Shown piece by piece: positions 12,986 through 26,530 of a stretch of 64,000 bases of DNA. The notes under the pieces were generated by a model. It did not search any database. It saw only the letters and a program-made list of their open reading frames with translations, and had not been told where the DNA came from. Both the position numbers and the translations under genes were made by a program. Numbering within the stretch: the stretch's first letter is position 1; the number at the start of each line of letters is the position of its first letter. The stretch comes from Squalus acanthias (lineage: Eukaryota), in the NCBI GenBank assembly GCA_030390025.1, contig JASTWF010000343.1, positions 124,001-188,000 of the forward strand, read 5' to 3'.

Positions 12986-13169
12986 TTATCCCATCCCCCG
13001 GCTGTTACCCTACTCCGGCTCTTAGACCCCCTGCCCGCCGTTTATCTCCCCCCTTGGTTTTATTCCCCCATTTCTAACTCCCCCGCTTCCTCTGAACTGC
13101 TCCTTTTAATCCCCCCTGTTAATTCCTCCCCTCTGCATTCTAATTCGCCCCCGTTTATGTCCATCCCCA

Positions 13170-14180
13170 CTGTATAATACCCCCTGTATATTACGCCCTG
13201 TATAATGCACGTGCAATACTTTCTTCCAACTCCCTGTTTAATACCCCTGTATACTATACCGCTGTGACACGCCCCCTGTATACTAGACTCCTGTGACACC
13301 CCCCTGTATACTATACCACTGTGACCCACCCCTGTATACTATACCCATGTGACACCTCCCTGTATACTACACGCCCATAACACCCCCCTGTATACTATAC
13401 CACCGTGATACCCCCTGTATAATATTCCCCTGTGACTCCACCCAGTAAACAATACCACTGTGGCACCCCCTGCATGCGATACCCCTGTGACATCTCCATG
13501 TATACTATATTACCGTGACACCTCCCCTGTATACTATACCACCCTGACAACCCCCTGTACAGTATAACCACGTGAGACCCCACTGTATACTATACCATTG
13601 TGACACCCCCCTGTATAATAAACACCTGACACACCCCCTGTATACTATACCACTGTGACACGCCCCTGTATTATATACCCCTGCGACAACCCACCTGTAT
13701 ACTATACCTCTGGGACACCCCCATGTACACTATACCACTGTAACACATCACTGTATACTATTCCCCTGTGACACCCTCTGTATAATATATCTTTGTGACA
13801 CCCCCCTGTATACTGTACCCCTGTGACACCCCCTGTAAACTATACCATTGTGACACCCCTTGTATAATATACCGCTGTGACACCCCCCTGTATAATATAC
13901 CCCTGTGACACACCCCTGTATACTATAACCCTGTGACATCACCTGTATAATATACCCCTGTGACACCCCCTTGTATACTATACCCCTGTGAACCGCCTCC
14001 TGTATATTATACCCTTGCGACACACCGACTGTATACTATACCGCTGTATAATACCACTGTATATTATACCCCTGTGACATCCCCCTGTATACTCTACCCC
14101 TGTGGCACCACGCCCCCTGTATACTATACCACTGTTATTCTTCCACCATCTGCCCCCTGGTATACTACACCGCATTAAAC
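13170..14180 (+). repeat. ~28-bp C-rich minisatellite (CCCCCTGTATACTATACCACTGTGACA)
   Basis: Tandem units are directly visible. Confidence 0.95.
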
Positions 14181-14654
14181 TCCCTCCACCCCCACCCCCA
14201 TAATACTGCTGCATACTACATCACCTCGTGAAGCTCCCCATATGAAACTCCCCATTTGGTCTCCATCTATAATTTGTCCAGCTTCGAAATGCCACGTTTA
14301 AGCCCCCTGTAAATTCCACCCACTTGTATAATTCCCCTCGCTTATCTCCTCCCCCCACCCTGTATAATTGATCCTAGCTCGCTGTACACTTCGCCCTGAA
14401 TATCTCTCCCTCTGTGAAACTCGTTCCTCCCTCCCCCTTGGCGAAAGTCCACATCCACCCGGTATAAGACCTCCATATATCTCAATCCATGTATAATCCC
14501 CCCCCCGCGCCCTATCAATCTCCCTCCCCCTGCTGGTGAAACCCCATTTTGCCCCTTGTGTGACTCATTTAACTGGTGTGGCTTGAAATCCCGACCTTCG
14601 TTAATTTGGTTTAATTCATGTCCAGACAATCACAAACTCTGTAAAATACTCCCT

Positions 14655-14987
14655 CGCACGAAGCATAAAATGTGTCCCCCCCCCACCCACCAAAGACAAA
14701 TTGGATGCCCGCACCCCCGCACCAAGCACAAAATGTCTTCACCCCCCCCCCCCTCGGCGCCAAAGACAAAATTGTTTCACCCCCACCACCCCCCCGGCAC
14801 CAGCACCAAAGACAAAATGGGTGCAACCCCGCACCAAGCACAAAATGGCTTCACCCCCCCTGCACCGAAGACAAAATGGGTGACCCCCCCGCACCAAACA
14901 CAAAATGGGTGCCCCCACCCCCCACACCAAGCACACAATGGGTGCCCCCCCCCCCCCACGCACCAAGCACAAAATGGCTGCACCCGC
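14655..14987 (+). repeat. ~30-bp minisatellite (GCACCAAGCACAAAATGG plus C-run), about 11 units
   Basis: Tandem units are directly visible. Confidence 0.9.
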
Positions 14988-16114
14988 TAACTCAGTGGCT
15001 GTATAATGAGTGACTGGAACCCAATTGGAGAGAGATTAAGATGCCTGTGCATACAGGAGAAGAGAGACTGTAATGGGGAGTGTGGGGTTGGGGGAGATTA
15101 GAGATCAGAGGGGAAAATATGGAGCAAGAGATGGAGACATGCAGAGACTGAATCGCATTCCCAACCTTTTGCGCATAGCACGATCCCAGCTCCAGACGTA
15201 TCCCTCACTGCAGAAAAGTGTTCCCACCCCTTACCCCCATCAGTGTACAAGGAATCAAAACCTGAGCTGGGTGTCCCTTACCCCTGAACAGAGAAAAGAC
15301 ATAGAAACATTGGCGGACGTAGGACTCCATTTACCCACAGGAGTGAGACAGAGACAGTGAGGGAGCAGCGACATAGAGAGGGAAAAAAACAGTGGCTTTG
15401 ATTTTGACTTGGCGCTATAGATCAAACCGGGTGATTGTGAACCAGCAGCCCGTTTCACATCTCTCCCTATTTTTACATCGATAGAAATAAACCTCGGGAG
15501 AGATGTAATGCAGGATGCCGGTTCATTATCACTAGGTTCACACTGTGGCACCAAGTCAACATCTAGCCCAGTGAGAGGCACTGAGGAGCAGAAAACAGAG
15601 ATACCGAAAGAAAGAAGGACATGGGGCAGAACTAAGTGAGAGAGGGAGCTAGATAGGGAATAATAGATAAAGACAGGGAGCCAGAGCCAGTGAGAGGAAC
15701 AGAGACCAGAAGACAGAGAAACTGAGATTCAAAAAAGAAAGAAGGTTCGAAAGAGATAGGCAGATAGACAAAAAGAGAGAGAGAGAGTTGCAGAGAGAGT
15801 TAGGGAGAGAGATGCAGAAATAGAGAGTTGGAGATATAGAGAAAGACAGAAAGAGTGATGCAGATACAGAGAAAGAGATGGAGAGGCTGAGATATAAAGA
15901 AAGATGTACAGATACAGAGGTGTGACTAGAGAGGGTGGGAGATGGATAGTGGGATATACAGCTTACATTGGGCGATCCAGAGAACTCCAGTGGAAATTCA
16001 ACCCCCAATGTGTCTACAGGGACAGGTGCCTCTGACTGTACGGCCTGCATGTGTCTTTGTCACTGGTCCCAGACTGTAAGGGACAGAGAGATGGAGAAAT
16101 GGGTACAGAGATAG

Positions 16115-16635
16115 GGAATCATACATATTTCCGGCACAGAAGGAGGACATTTGGCCCACCGTGTCTGTGCCGACCGATTTATAAAGATATGCAGCCTAAT
16201 CCCACTTCCCTGCTCTTGGTGCGTCGCCTTATAGGTTACGGCACTTCAAGTGCATATATGTCCCCTTGTTATTGACATCACTGCTGAGGGAAATCAATCC
16301 TTTCCATCCACTCTAACTAGGCCCATCATAATGTTATGCATCTCTTCTTAGTCCCCCTCAGTCTCCCCTATTCCAAAGAAAGCAAACCCAGCCTATCCAA
16401 CCTTTCCTCATAGCTAAAATTCTCCAGTCCCAGCAACATCACTGTGAATCTCCACTGTATCCTCTCTAGTGCAATCACATATTTCCTGTAATGTGGCCAG
16501 AACTGCACACAGTACTCTAGCTGTGGCCTAATTAGTGTTTGATACAATTCTAGCATAACCTCCCTCCTCTTGTATTCTATATTCCTCGGCTAATAAAGGA
16601 AAGTATATTGTATGCCATCTTAAGCGCCTTTTCCA
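16115..16635 (-). mobile_element. CR1 3' fragment
   Basis: ORF 16368..16556 reads LYQTLIRPQLEYCVQFW...YEERLDRLGL. Confidence 0.9.
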
Positions 16636-17368
16636 CAGTGGTAGAGAGAGAGAGGGAGGGGAAGAAAGATGTAAACGTTACATTGGGCGATTGGGGGAGC
16701 AAGCGATGGAAATGAATCCCGGTGTGTTAGACAGACACATTGGGGACAGCCTGTACTGAGGGGCCTCAGTTACTCCCCTCTGAAGGAAGCTTTTCTCCAA
16801 GGATTCCACATCCTAAGACACTCTCTCTCTGCATCGTCACCTTGCAGCTTCCATTGAAATTCTACTCGGGGGAGAGAGAGAAATTGAAATTGATTAAAAC
16901 AAAGCAAGCAATGAATTAAAAAATAAACTACATAGCAAGAGCCCAGGCCCCTTCACTCTCGCTGGCTCAGGTCCAGGGACAATCTCTCAGCAACAGGTAT
17001 ATCCCAGTTATAAACTCAGAGAATGTCAAGAGGAACAAGATTGACGAGCGGTGTTGAGGACACACAAACACACAGGCAGAACAAGGCTTGAAGTGTGTTC
17101 GCGTCCCCAGGAGAAAGGGTGTGGGTATTGGGACTGGGACCCACCCTCCCTCGCTCCCAGCTCAGCAGTTTGTAGACTGGGCTGGAGAAAATCCCTCGGG
17201 CCCTTGAGAAGTGTCTCTCTGCCCGGTTTCTGTTCATTGACATGTTAATCCAGCGCACCTTTCTGATTCAGCATTGTCCGTTGATATATTAATCCCTTAA
17301 TAGCCCAGGGCAGCACTGCACTGACACGTTAAACAGAATGGTTTGACCAGGACACCTTTCTGATTCTG

Positions 17369-19958
17369 AAATAAAAACAGGAAATGCTGGAAATACTCAG
17401 CAGGTCAGGCAGCATCTGTGGAGAGAGAAACAGAGTTAACTTTTCAGGTCGATGACCCTTCGTCAGAACTGGAAAAAGATAGAGATGGAACAGGTTTTTA
17501 AGCAAGTGCAGGGGCAGGGAAAGGGGGGAGGGGAGGAAAGAACAAAAGGGAAGGTCTGTGATATGATGGAAGGCAGGAGAGATGAAGAGACATTAAGAGA
17601 GATAAAGAGATGGTGCAAGGCAAAAGGAGATGGTAATGGGACAAGTTAAGAAACAAAGGATGGCTCTAGATGAAGCGCAAATTGCACTGGCAGAATGAAA
17701 GACAGCTGCCATGAAACAGAGGGAAAAAAAGAAAAAAAATGATTGGGGCAGAGGTCATGTTCTGAAATTGTTGAACTCTATGTTGATTCCAGAAGGCTAT
17801 AAAGTGCCCAATCGAAAGATGAGGTGCTGTTCCTCGAGCTTCCGTTGAGATTCATTTAAACAGTGTAAGAGACCGAGAACGGTGAGGTCAGAGTGGGAGT
17901 GGAGCGGTGAATTAAAGTGAGAGGCGACCGGAAGCTTGGGGTCACACTTACGGATTGAATGGAGGTGTTCCGCAAAGCGGTCACCCAATCTGTGTTTGGT
18001 CTCCCCAATGTAGAGGAGACCGCATCGTGAGCAGCGAATACAGTATACTAAATTTCAAGGAGTACAAGTAAATTGCTGTTTCACCTGGAAGGAGGATTTG
18101 GGGCCCTGGACAGTGGGAAGGGTGGATGTCAAATGTATGTGTTGCATCTCCTGCGCTTGCACGGGAAGATGCCGGGTGAAGGGGAAGCAGTGTTGGAGGT
18201 GATAGAGGAGTGGACCAGGGTGTCTGGAGTGAGCGGTCCCTTCGGAATGCTGAAAGGGAAGGTGAGTGGAAGATGTGTTTGGTGGTGGGATCACGCTGGA
18301 GGTGGCGGTAATGGCGGAGGATGATCCGTTGAATGTGGAGGCTGGTGGGGTGAAATGTGAGGACAATGGGAATACTATCGTAGTTCCGGGAGGGAGGGGA
18401 AGGGGTGAGAGCAGAGGTGCAGGAAATACAACGGACATGGTCAAGGGCCTTGTCAACCACAGTAGAGGGGAATCCTCGGTTGAGGAAAAAGGAAGGCATG
18501 TCGGAAACACTAATGTAGACGGTGGCATCATCAGAGCAGATGCAGTGGAGGTGGAGAAACTGGGAGAATGGAATAGAGCCCTTACAGGAAGCGGCGTGGG
18601 AGGAAGTGTAGTCCAGGTAGCTGTGGGAGTCAGTGGGCTTGTAGTGAATCTTTGTCAATAGCATATCCCCAGAGATGTAGACGGAGAAGTCGAGGAAGGG
18701 AAGAGAAGAGTCGGAGATGGACCATGTGAAGGTGAGAGTAGGGTGGAAATTGGAAGCAAAGTGAATGAAATTTTCTAGTTCTGAGCGAGAGCAGGAAACA
18801 GCACCGATACATTCATCGAAGTACCGGGAAAAAAGGTGAGGGTGGGGACCTGAGTAGGACTGGAACAAAGAATGTTCCACATATACCACGAAAAGGCAGG
18901 TATAGCTAGGACCCATGCGGGTTCCCATAGCAACACCTTTAATTTGGAGGAAGTGAGTGGAGTCAAAGGAAAAGTTGTTCAATGTGAGAACAATTTCAGC
19001 CAGCGGAGGAGGGTGGTGGTGGATGGGGACTGGTTGGGCCTGTGTTCAAGGAAGAAGCGGAGCGCCCTCAGGCCATCCTGGAGGGCGATAGAGGTGTAGA
19101 GGGATTGGACGTCCATAGTGAAAAGGTTTGGTTGGGGCCAGAAAACTGGAAAGTGTTAAATTGAGTGAGGGCATCGGGAGAGTTGCGGATGTGGGTGGGA
19201 AGAGACTGGACAAGGGGAGAAAAAATAGACGAGATAGGAAGAGATAAGTTCCGTGTGGCAAAAACAGGCTGAAACGATGGGTCTCCCAGGGCAGTCCTGT
19301 TAGTGGATCTAGGGAAGGAGGTAGAAGCGGTCTGTGCGGGGTTGGGGCACTATGAGGTTGGCGGCCGTGGAGGGAAGATCTCCAGAGGAGATGAGGTCAG
19401 TGACGGTCTTGGAAACGATGGCTTGATGTTCGGTAGTGGGGTCATGGACCAGGCGGAGGTACGGGGTTGTGTCAGCGAGTTGGCGTTCAGCCACCGCTTG
19501 TTAGAGGCCGGTTCGCCAAACAATCACAGCACCACCCTTGTCAGCACGTTTACTGACAATGTTGGAGTTGGATCTGAGAGAATGGAGTGCTGCAAGTTCA
19601 GAGGGAGGTAGGTTAAAGTGAATGAGGGGAGCAGAGCCGGCCGATGTCACGCCGGCAGTTTGCAATGAAAAGATCTCGAGAGGTTAAGGTAGAACGAGAA
19701 TTGTGAAAACGGGAGAAAGGGTCAGCTGTGCGGGGGGAAGACCCCTGGCCAAAGAAGTGGGCACGGATGCGAAGGCAGCGGAAAAAGAGCTCAGCATCGT
19801 GCCGAGCTCGAAATTCATTCGTATGGGGGCGTAAGGGGATTAGGCTCAGGCATTTGCTACCTCCGTCCTTCCCACCGATGCTGCCTGACCTGCTGAGTAT
19901 TTGCTGCATTTTCTGTTTTTATTTCAGATTTCCAGCATGCGCAGTATTTTGCTTTTGT
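17369..19958 (-). mobile_element. Penelope-like retroelement (RT plus GIY-YIG endonuclease), degenerate, with inverted pLTR ends and 15-bp TSD
   Basis: RT motifs QIKGVAMGTRMGPSY and RYFDE (17981..18982) and C-terminal GDRFAEHL..HFNS..EQHLIFRLGTL. The pLTR at 17369-17570 has an inverted partial copy at 19877-19958. ACCTTTCTGATTCTG flanks both sides (17354-17368, 19959-19973). Confidence 0.92.
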
Positions 19959-20616
19959 ACCTTTCTGATTCTGCCTTGTCCATTGATATGTTAATCCCTT
20001 AATAGCCCAGGGCAGCACTGCTCTGACCAGGACATTTTTTTTGCTGATTTAAAACCTTTACCTCTGGCACTTGTTGTGAAAATATCAAACACTGATCCCA
20101 CACGAGCCCCCGCACTTTATCTTCTGTTCACTCCCTCAGTTAAACAGAAGAGAAAGGGCGAAGATACGGGAGGGTGAGAGTAACAGATACTGAAACTAAT
20201 ATACAGAATATACAGAATCAGTGAGAGGGACTGAGAAACTGAAACAAACAATAGAGGCGGTATTTTAAACCGGGCAATGTGGGATCAGAGAGAGATACAG
20301 AAAGATGTGCAGAGAGACTCAGAAATAATGCCACACTCAGAACCTCATTAAAATGGCCACGGCGGCGTGTATTCCAAAGCTGGGAACATCCCCGCACTCC
20401 CCAGAAAGTGCGAACCTCTCTTTTAAAAGGGGTTAAGCTGTTGATTCCTTTGGGACACTTATTAAAATCGCCGTCCTGGGATTGATTTTTGAATCTTGAC
20501 ATTCTGGAAGGATGTGACAGAGGGGCTTTTCTGCAGACGCTGGGAGCGGGGCAGTGACTAAACACTGGAGACCCCCAGAGCCACTGTCTCTCCCTGTGTG
20601 TTTAACCCAGTCAACC

Positions 20617-23600
20617 CCTCTCTCTCTATCTCTCTCCCGGTTTCTCTCTCTCTCTCTCCCAGTTTCTCTTTCTGCCTCTCTCTCTCTCTCTCTCTCCTTT
20701 TATCTCTCTCTCTCCCTTTCTCTCTCTCTCTCTCTCCCAGTTTCTCCCTCTCTCTCCCAGTTTATCTCTCTCCCAGTTTCTCTCTCTCTCTCCCAGTTTC
20801 TCTCTCTCCCAGTTTCTCGCTGTCTCTCTCTCTCTCTCTCTCCCAATTTCTCTCTCTCTATCCCAGTTTTTCACTCTCTTTCCCAGCTTCTCTCTCTCCC
20901 TCTGTCTCTCTCTCTCTCCCAGTTTCTCTCTCTCTCTCTCTCTGTCTCTGTCTCTCTCTCTCCCGGTCTCTCTCTCTCTCTCTCTTTCTCCCCGTTTCTC
21001 TCTCTCTCTCCCAGTTTCACTCTCTGTCTCTCTCTCTCTCTCCCAGTTTCTCTCTCTCTGTCTCTCTCCCGGTTTCTATCTCTCTCCCTCCCAGTTTCTC
21101 TCTCTGTCTGTCTCTCTCTCTCCCAGTTTGTTTCTCGGTCTCTCTCTCTCTCTCTCCTGGTTTATCTCTCTCTCTCTCCTGGTTACTCTCTCTCTCTCTC
21201 TCAAAGTCTCTCTCTCTTTCTCTCTCTCTCGGTTTCTGTCTCTCTCTCTCTCCTGATTTATCTCTTTCTCTGTCTCTCTCTCTCTCCCTGTTCATTTCTC
21301 TCTCTCTCCTTGTTTCTCTCTCTCTCTCATTCTCTTCTGGTTTCTCTCTCTATGTCTAGCTCTTCCTCCTAGTTTATCTTTCTCTCTCTCTCTCTCTCTC
21401 TATCCCAGTTTCTCTCTCTCTCTCCCAGTTTCTTTCTCTGTCTTTCTCTGTCTCTCTCTCCCAGTTTTTCTCTCTCTCCCCGTTTCTCTGTCTGTCTGTC
21501 TCTCTCTCTCCCGGTTTCTCTCTCTTTCTCTCCCAGTTTATCTCTCTCTCCCGGTCTCTCTCTCTCTCTCCCAGTTTCACTCTCTCTCTCTCCTCCATTT
21601 CTCTCTCTGTCTCTCTCTCTCTCCCAGTTTCTCCCTATCTCTCCCAGTGTCTCTCTCTCTCCCAGTTTCTCTCTCTTCCCTCTGTCTCTCTCTCCCAATT
21701 TCACTCTCTCTCTCCCAATTTCTCTCTCTGCCTGTCTCTCTCATTCCTAGTTTCTCTCTCTACCCTTTGTCTCTCTCTCTCTCTCCCAATTTCTCTCTCT
21801 TTCTCCCAGTTTTTCTCTCTCTCTCCCAGCTTCTCTCTCTCCCTCTGTAGCTCTCTCTCCCTCTCTCAGTTTCTCTCTCTCTCTTTCTCCCGGTTTTTGT
21901 CTCCCTCTCTCCCAGTTTCTCTCTCTCTCTGTCTCTCTCTCCCAGTTTCTCTCTCTCTCTCCTGATTTTTCTCTCTCTCTCTGTCTCTCTCTCCCCGTTC
22001 CTTTTTCTCTCTCTCTCCTTGTCTCTCTCTCTCTCTCTCTCTTCTGGTTTCTCTCTATGTGTTTCTCTCTTTCTCCCGGTTTCTATTTCTCTCTGTCTCT
22101 CTCTCTCTATCCCAGTTTCTCTCTCGCTCTCCCAGTTTCTTTCTCTGTCTCTCTCTGTCACTCTCTCCCAGTTTCTCTCTCTCTCTTCCAGTTTTTCTCT
22201 GTCTCCCAGTTTCTCTCTGTCTCTCACTCTCTCCCGGTTTCTCTCTCTCTCTCGCAGTTTCTCTCTCTGTCTCTCCCGACCTTTCTCTCTCTGTCTCCCT
22301 CTCTCTCCCAGTTTCTCTCTCCCAGTTTTTCTCTCTCTCTCAGTTTCTCTCCCTCTCCCAGTTTCTCTCTCTGTCTCGCTCTCCTTTTATCTCTCTCTCT
22401 CTCTTTCTCTCTCTAGGTTTCTCCCTCTCTCTCTCCCAGTTTCACTCTCTCTCTCTCCCGCCCTTTCTCTCTCTGTCTCCCTCTCTCTCCCAGTTTCTCT
22501 CTCCCAGTTTTTCTCTCTCTCCCAGTTTCTCTCCCTCTCCTAGTTTCTCTCTCTCTCTCCCAGTTTAACTCTCTATTCCCTTTGTCCCTCTCTCTCTCTC
22601 CAAATTTCACTCTCTCTCTCCCAATTTCTCTCTCTCCCAGATTTTCTCTCTCTCTCCCGGCTTTTCTCTCTCCCTCTGTCTCTCTCTCTCTCTCAGTTCC
22701 TCTCTCTCTCTCTTTCTCCCGGTTGTTCTATCTCTCCCAGTTTCTCTCTCTCTCTGTCTCTCTCCCGGTTTCTATCTCCCTCTCTCCCAGTTTCTCTCTC
22801 TGTCTGTCTCTCTCTCTCCCAGTGTCTCTCTCTGTTTCTCTGTGTCTCTCTCTCTCCCTGTTCCTTTCTCTCTCTCTCTCGCCCGGTTTCTCTCCCTCTC
22901 TTGGTTTCTCTGTGTGTGTGTATCTCTCTCTCCCTGTTCCTTTCTCTCTCTGTCTCCTGGTTTCTATCTCTCTCTTTCTCCCGGGTTCTCTCTCTCTCTC
23001 TCTTCTGGTTTCTCTCTCTCTCTCTCTCTTCTGATTTCTCTCTCTGTCTCTCTCTCTCTGCCGGTCTCTCTCTCTCTCTCTCTCTCATGGTTTCTCTCTC
23101 TGTGTGTGTGTCTCTCTCTCCTTGTTCCTTACTCCCTCTCGCCCGGTTTTTCTCTCTCTCTCTCAAGGTTTCTCTCTCTGTGTGTGTCTCTCTCTCCCTG
23201 TTCCTTTCTCTCTCTCTCTCTCTCTCGCCCGGTTTCTCTCTCGGTGTGTGTCTCTCTCTCCTTGTTCCTTTCTCTCTCGCCCGGTTTCTCTCTCTCTCTC
23301 TCAAGGTTTCTCTCTCTGTGTGTGTCTCTCTCTCCGTGTTCCTTTCTCTCTCTCTCTCTCTCTCGCCCGGTTTCTCTCTCGGTGTGTGTCTCTCTCTCCT
23401 TGTTCCTTTCTCTCTCTCGCACGGTTTCTCTCTCTCTCTCTCAAGGTTTCTCTCTCTGTGTGTGTCTCTCTCTCCCTGTTCCTTTCTCTCTCTCTCTCGC
23501 GCGGTTTCTCTCTCGGTGTGTGTCTCTCTCTCCTTGTTCCTTTCTCTCTCTCGCCCGGTTTCTCTCTCTCTCTCTCAAGGTTTCTCTCTCTGTGTGTGTC

Positions 23601-24079
23601 TCTCTCTCCCTGTTCCTTTCTCTCTCTCTCTCTCTCTCTCGCCCGGTTTCTCTCTCGGTGTGTGTCTCTCTCTCCTTGTTCCTTTCTCTCTCTCGCCCGG
23701 TTTCTCTCTCTCTCTCTCAAGGTTTCTCTCTCTGTGTGTGTCTCTCTCTCCCTGTTCCTTTCTCTCTCTCTCTATCTCTCGCCCGGTTTCTCTCTCGGTG
23801 TGTGTCTCTCTCTCCTTGTTCCTTTCTCTCTCTCTCCCGGGTTCTCTCTCTCGCTCTCTTCTGGTTTCTCTCTCTCTGTCTCTCTCTCTCTCTCTCTCCC
23901 AGTTTCTCTCTCTCTCTTGGTTTCTGTGTGTGTGTCTCTCTCTCTCTCCCTGTTCCTTTCCCTCTCTCTCTCTTAGTTTCTCTCTCTCTCTCTCTCTCTC
24001 TCTGTCTCACTCTCTCACTCTCCTGGTTTCTGTTCTCTCTTGTCTCTCTCTCTCCCGGTTTCTCTCTCTCTCTCTTTCC

Positions 24080-24110
<31 letters not shown>

Positions 24111-24200
24111 ACGCGGTTTATCTCTCTCTCTCCTGGTTTCTCTCTCTCTCTCCCGGTTTCTCTCTCTCTCTCTCCCTGTTCCTCGCTCGCTCTCTCGCTC
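20617..24200 (+). repeat. 3.6-kb (CT)-rich polypyrimidine tract with a ~138-bp higher-order repeat at ~23140-23830
   Basis: Almost purely C/T with recurrent cccagttt and cgcccggttt spacers. Confidence 0.97.
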
Positions 24201-25979
24201 CCATTTATTTCTCCCTATCTCGGATTTAATCGTGACTGAAAGGTACTCTGAAATGTTTCTGTCTCACCATTTGAAATAACGACAAATCCAATTGCTCTGG
24301 GCGGCATTGTTTACAGTCCTAAGTAGAGAAATTGAGAGACAAGGAAAATGGAGAGAAATTGAGACAGAGGGAAGAGAGACAGAGAGACAGAGAGAACTCC
24401 ACACTCAGAACCTCATTAAAATGAATTAAAATGGCCACCGCGCATCTCACTTAACCGTCAAAATCATCGCACTGCCCAAAACACCAACATTATTCTGGAA
24501 TTATAACAAGCACGGGTTCCCGTTGAGGACTTCACTTTCTCTTGGAGCCCTTTTTAGGAAATAGGTCCTTCCCTTCCACTGTATCTAGGCCCCTCATAAT
24601 TTTATTAACCTCCATTTAATCTCCCTCATACTCCTCTATTCCAAAGAAAACAACCCCAGCTTATATTGTGCCTGTGTGTTTAACCCAGTCAACTCCTCCT
24701 CTCTGTCTGTCTCTCTCTCCCTGTCTCTCTCTCCCTGTTTCTCTCCTTCTGTTTCTGTGTGTCTCTCTCTCTCCCTCTGTGGCTCTCTCTGTGTCTCTCT
24801 CTCTCTGTCTCTCTCTCTCTGTCTCTCTCTCCCTGTTTCACTCTCCCTCGGTTTCTCTCTCCCTCGGTTTCTGTCTGTTTGTGAGTGTCTCACTCTCTCT
24901 CTCCCTGTCTCGCTGTCTCCTTCTCGCCCTTTGTTTCTCTATCTCCTTTTCTCATACCCTCACTCTTCCTCTGTGTCTCTCTTTCTCCCTCCCTCTCTCT
25001 CTTTATCTTTTATTCCTACTGACTTTCTGCCTCTCCGTTTCGTTCTCTCTGCCTATCTCGCCATCTTTTTCTGCCTCATTGTAAAAACACAAACACTGGC
25101 GATCCCCGTGTCTCTCCCTCTCCCTGCCCTCCTGTACCCGCTCGGCTCAGGATAGTTGCTCTGTGTGCATTAAATGTTACAGTGCATCTCCCACTTCTGT
25201 CATTTAACAGTCACGTCCATCTGTGTCCCCCTCTCTCTCACTCTCTCTCTCTCCCCTCTCTCTTTCTGCCCCTATCTCTCTCTCCCTCGCTTTCATTTTC
25301 ACTCCCCCTCTCTCTGTTCCTATCGAGGTCCCCATCTCTGTCCCTATTTCTCTTTCTTTCAATCATCTGCTCTCTCTCTATTTCTTTCACTCTATCTCAG
25401 CTTTAATCTTGATTGAAATGTACTCTGAAATGTTTATATCTACCATTTGAAATGACGACAACTCACATTGCTGTATGCTGCATTTTTTAGATGTTAAAGT
25501 TTTAGAGAGGGAGACGGTGAAATCTGGAGAGAGACAACAACACAACTTGTATTTGTATAGTGCCTTTAATGTAGTAATACCTCCCAGGGCGCTTCACAGG
25601 TGTTTTATAAGACAAAATTTGACATCGAGCCACATAACAGAGAAAGATGGAGAGAGACACAGAGCAAGATGGAGTGAAATATACACAGTAATAAATCCAC
25701 ACTCAGAACCCCAGTGAAATGAATTAAAATGGCCACCGCGCATCTCATTTAACCGACAAAATCATCGCATCGCCCAAAACACCAGCATTTTTCTGGAATA
25801 ACAAGCCTTTGCACGGGTTCACATGGAGGACTTATATTTCACAAACTCAGGAGCGCTCTACAGCAAACGCGGCAGCCAATCTGTCCACAGCAAGCTCCCA
25901 CAAACAACAATGTGTTAATAACCAGATGATCGGTTTCAGTGATGTTGGTTGAGAGATAAATGTTGGCCTCAGGACATCA

Positions 25980-26530
25980 GAGAGAGACACCAGCAGAGGG
26001 AGGTAGCGATAGGCATGCAACTGAGTGTGCCCTGATAGAGACACACCAACAGAGGGAGAGAGAGAGAAATGTGTGTAACTCTGTGCAGTGATAGAGAGAC
26101 ACCAGGAGGGGGAGAGAGAGAGAAATGTGTGTAACTCTGTGTACTGATAGAGAGACACCAGGAGACAGAGAGGGAGAGAAAGGTGTGTAACTCTGTGTAG
26201 TGATAGAGAGACACCAGGAGACAGAGAGGGAGAGAAAGGTGTGTAACTCTGTGTAGTGATAGAGAGACACCAGGAGGGGGAGAGAAAGGTGTGTAACTCT
26301 GTGTCTGATAGAGAGACACCAGGAGACAGAGAGGGAGAGAGAGGTGTGTAACTCTGTGTCTGATAGAGAGACACCAGGAGAGGGAGAGGCAGAGCAAGGT
26401 GTGTAACTCTGTGTAGTGATAGAGAGACACCAGGAGAGGGACAGGGAGAGGGAGAGAAAGGTGTGTAACTCTGTGCAGCGATAGAGAGACACCGAGAGAG
26501 AGAGAGAGGTAGGTAACTATGTGCAGTAAG
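25980..26530 (+). repeat. ~56-bp tandem repeat (GAGAGACACCAGGAG...AGGTGTGTAACTCTGTGTAGTGATA), about 9-10 units
   Basis: Visible tandem units; the paralogous segment at 28840-28955 has only about 2. Confidence 0.9.

Noticed and set aside
5003..14180. CRISPR-like appearance of the 27-, 31- and 28-bp arrays
   Set aside because: Units are contiguous with no unique spacers, there are no cas genes, and the context is vertebrate.
15960..16750. Two TTACATTGGGCGAT blocks that could be - strand exon ends
   Set aside because: Short match with no conserved reading frame or acceptor.
20554..24279. Long Ser/Leu-rich and Glu/Arg-rich ORFs up to 465 aa
   Set aside because: Translations of (CT)n/(GA)n tracts with no coding signal.
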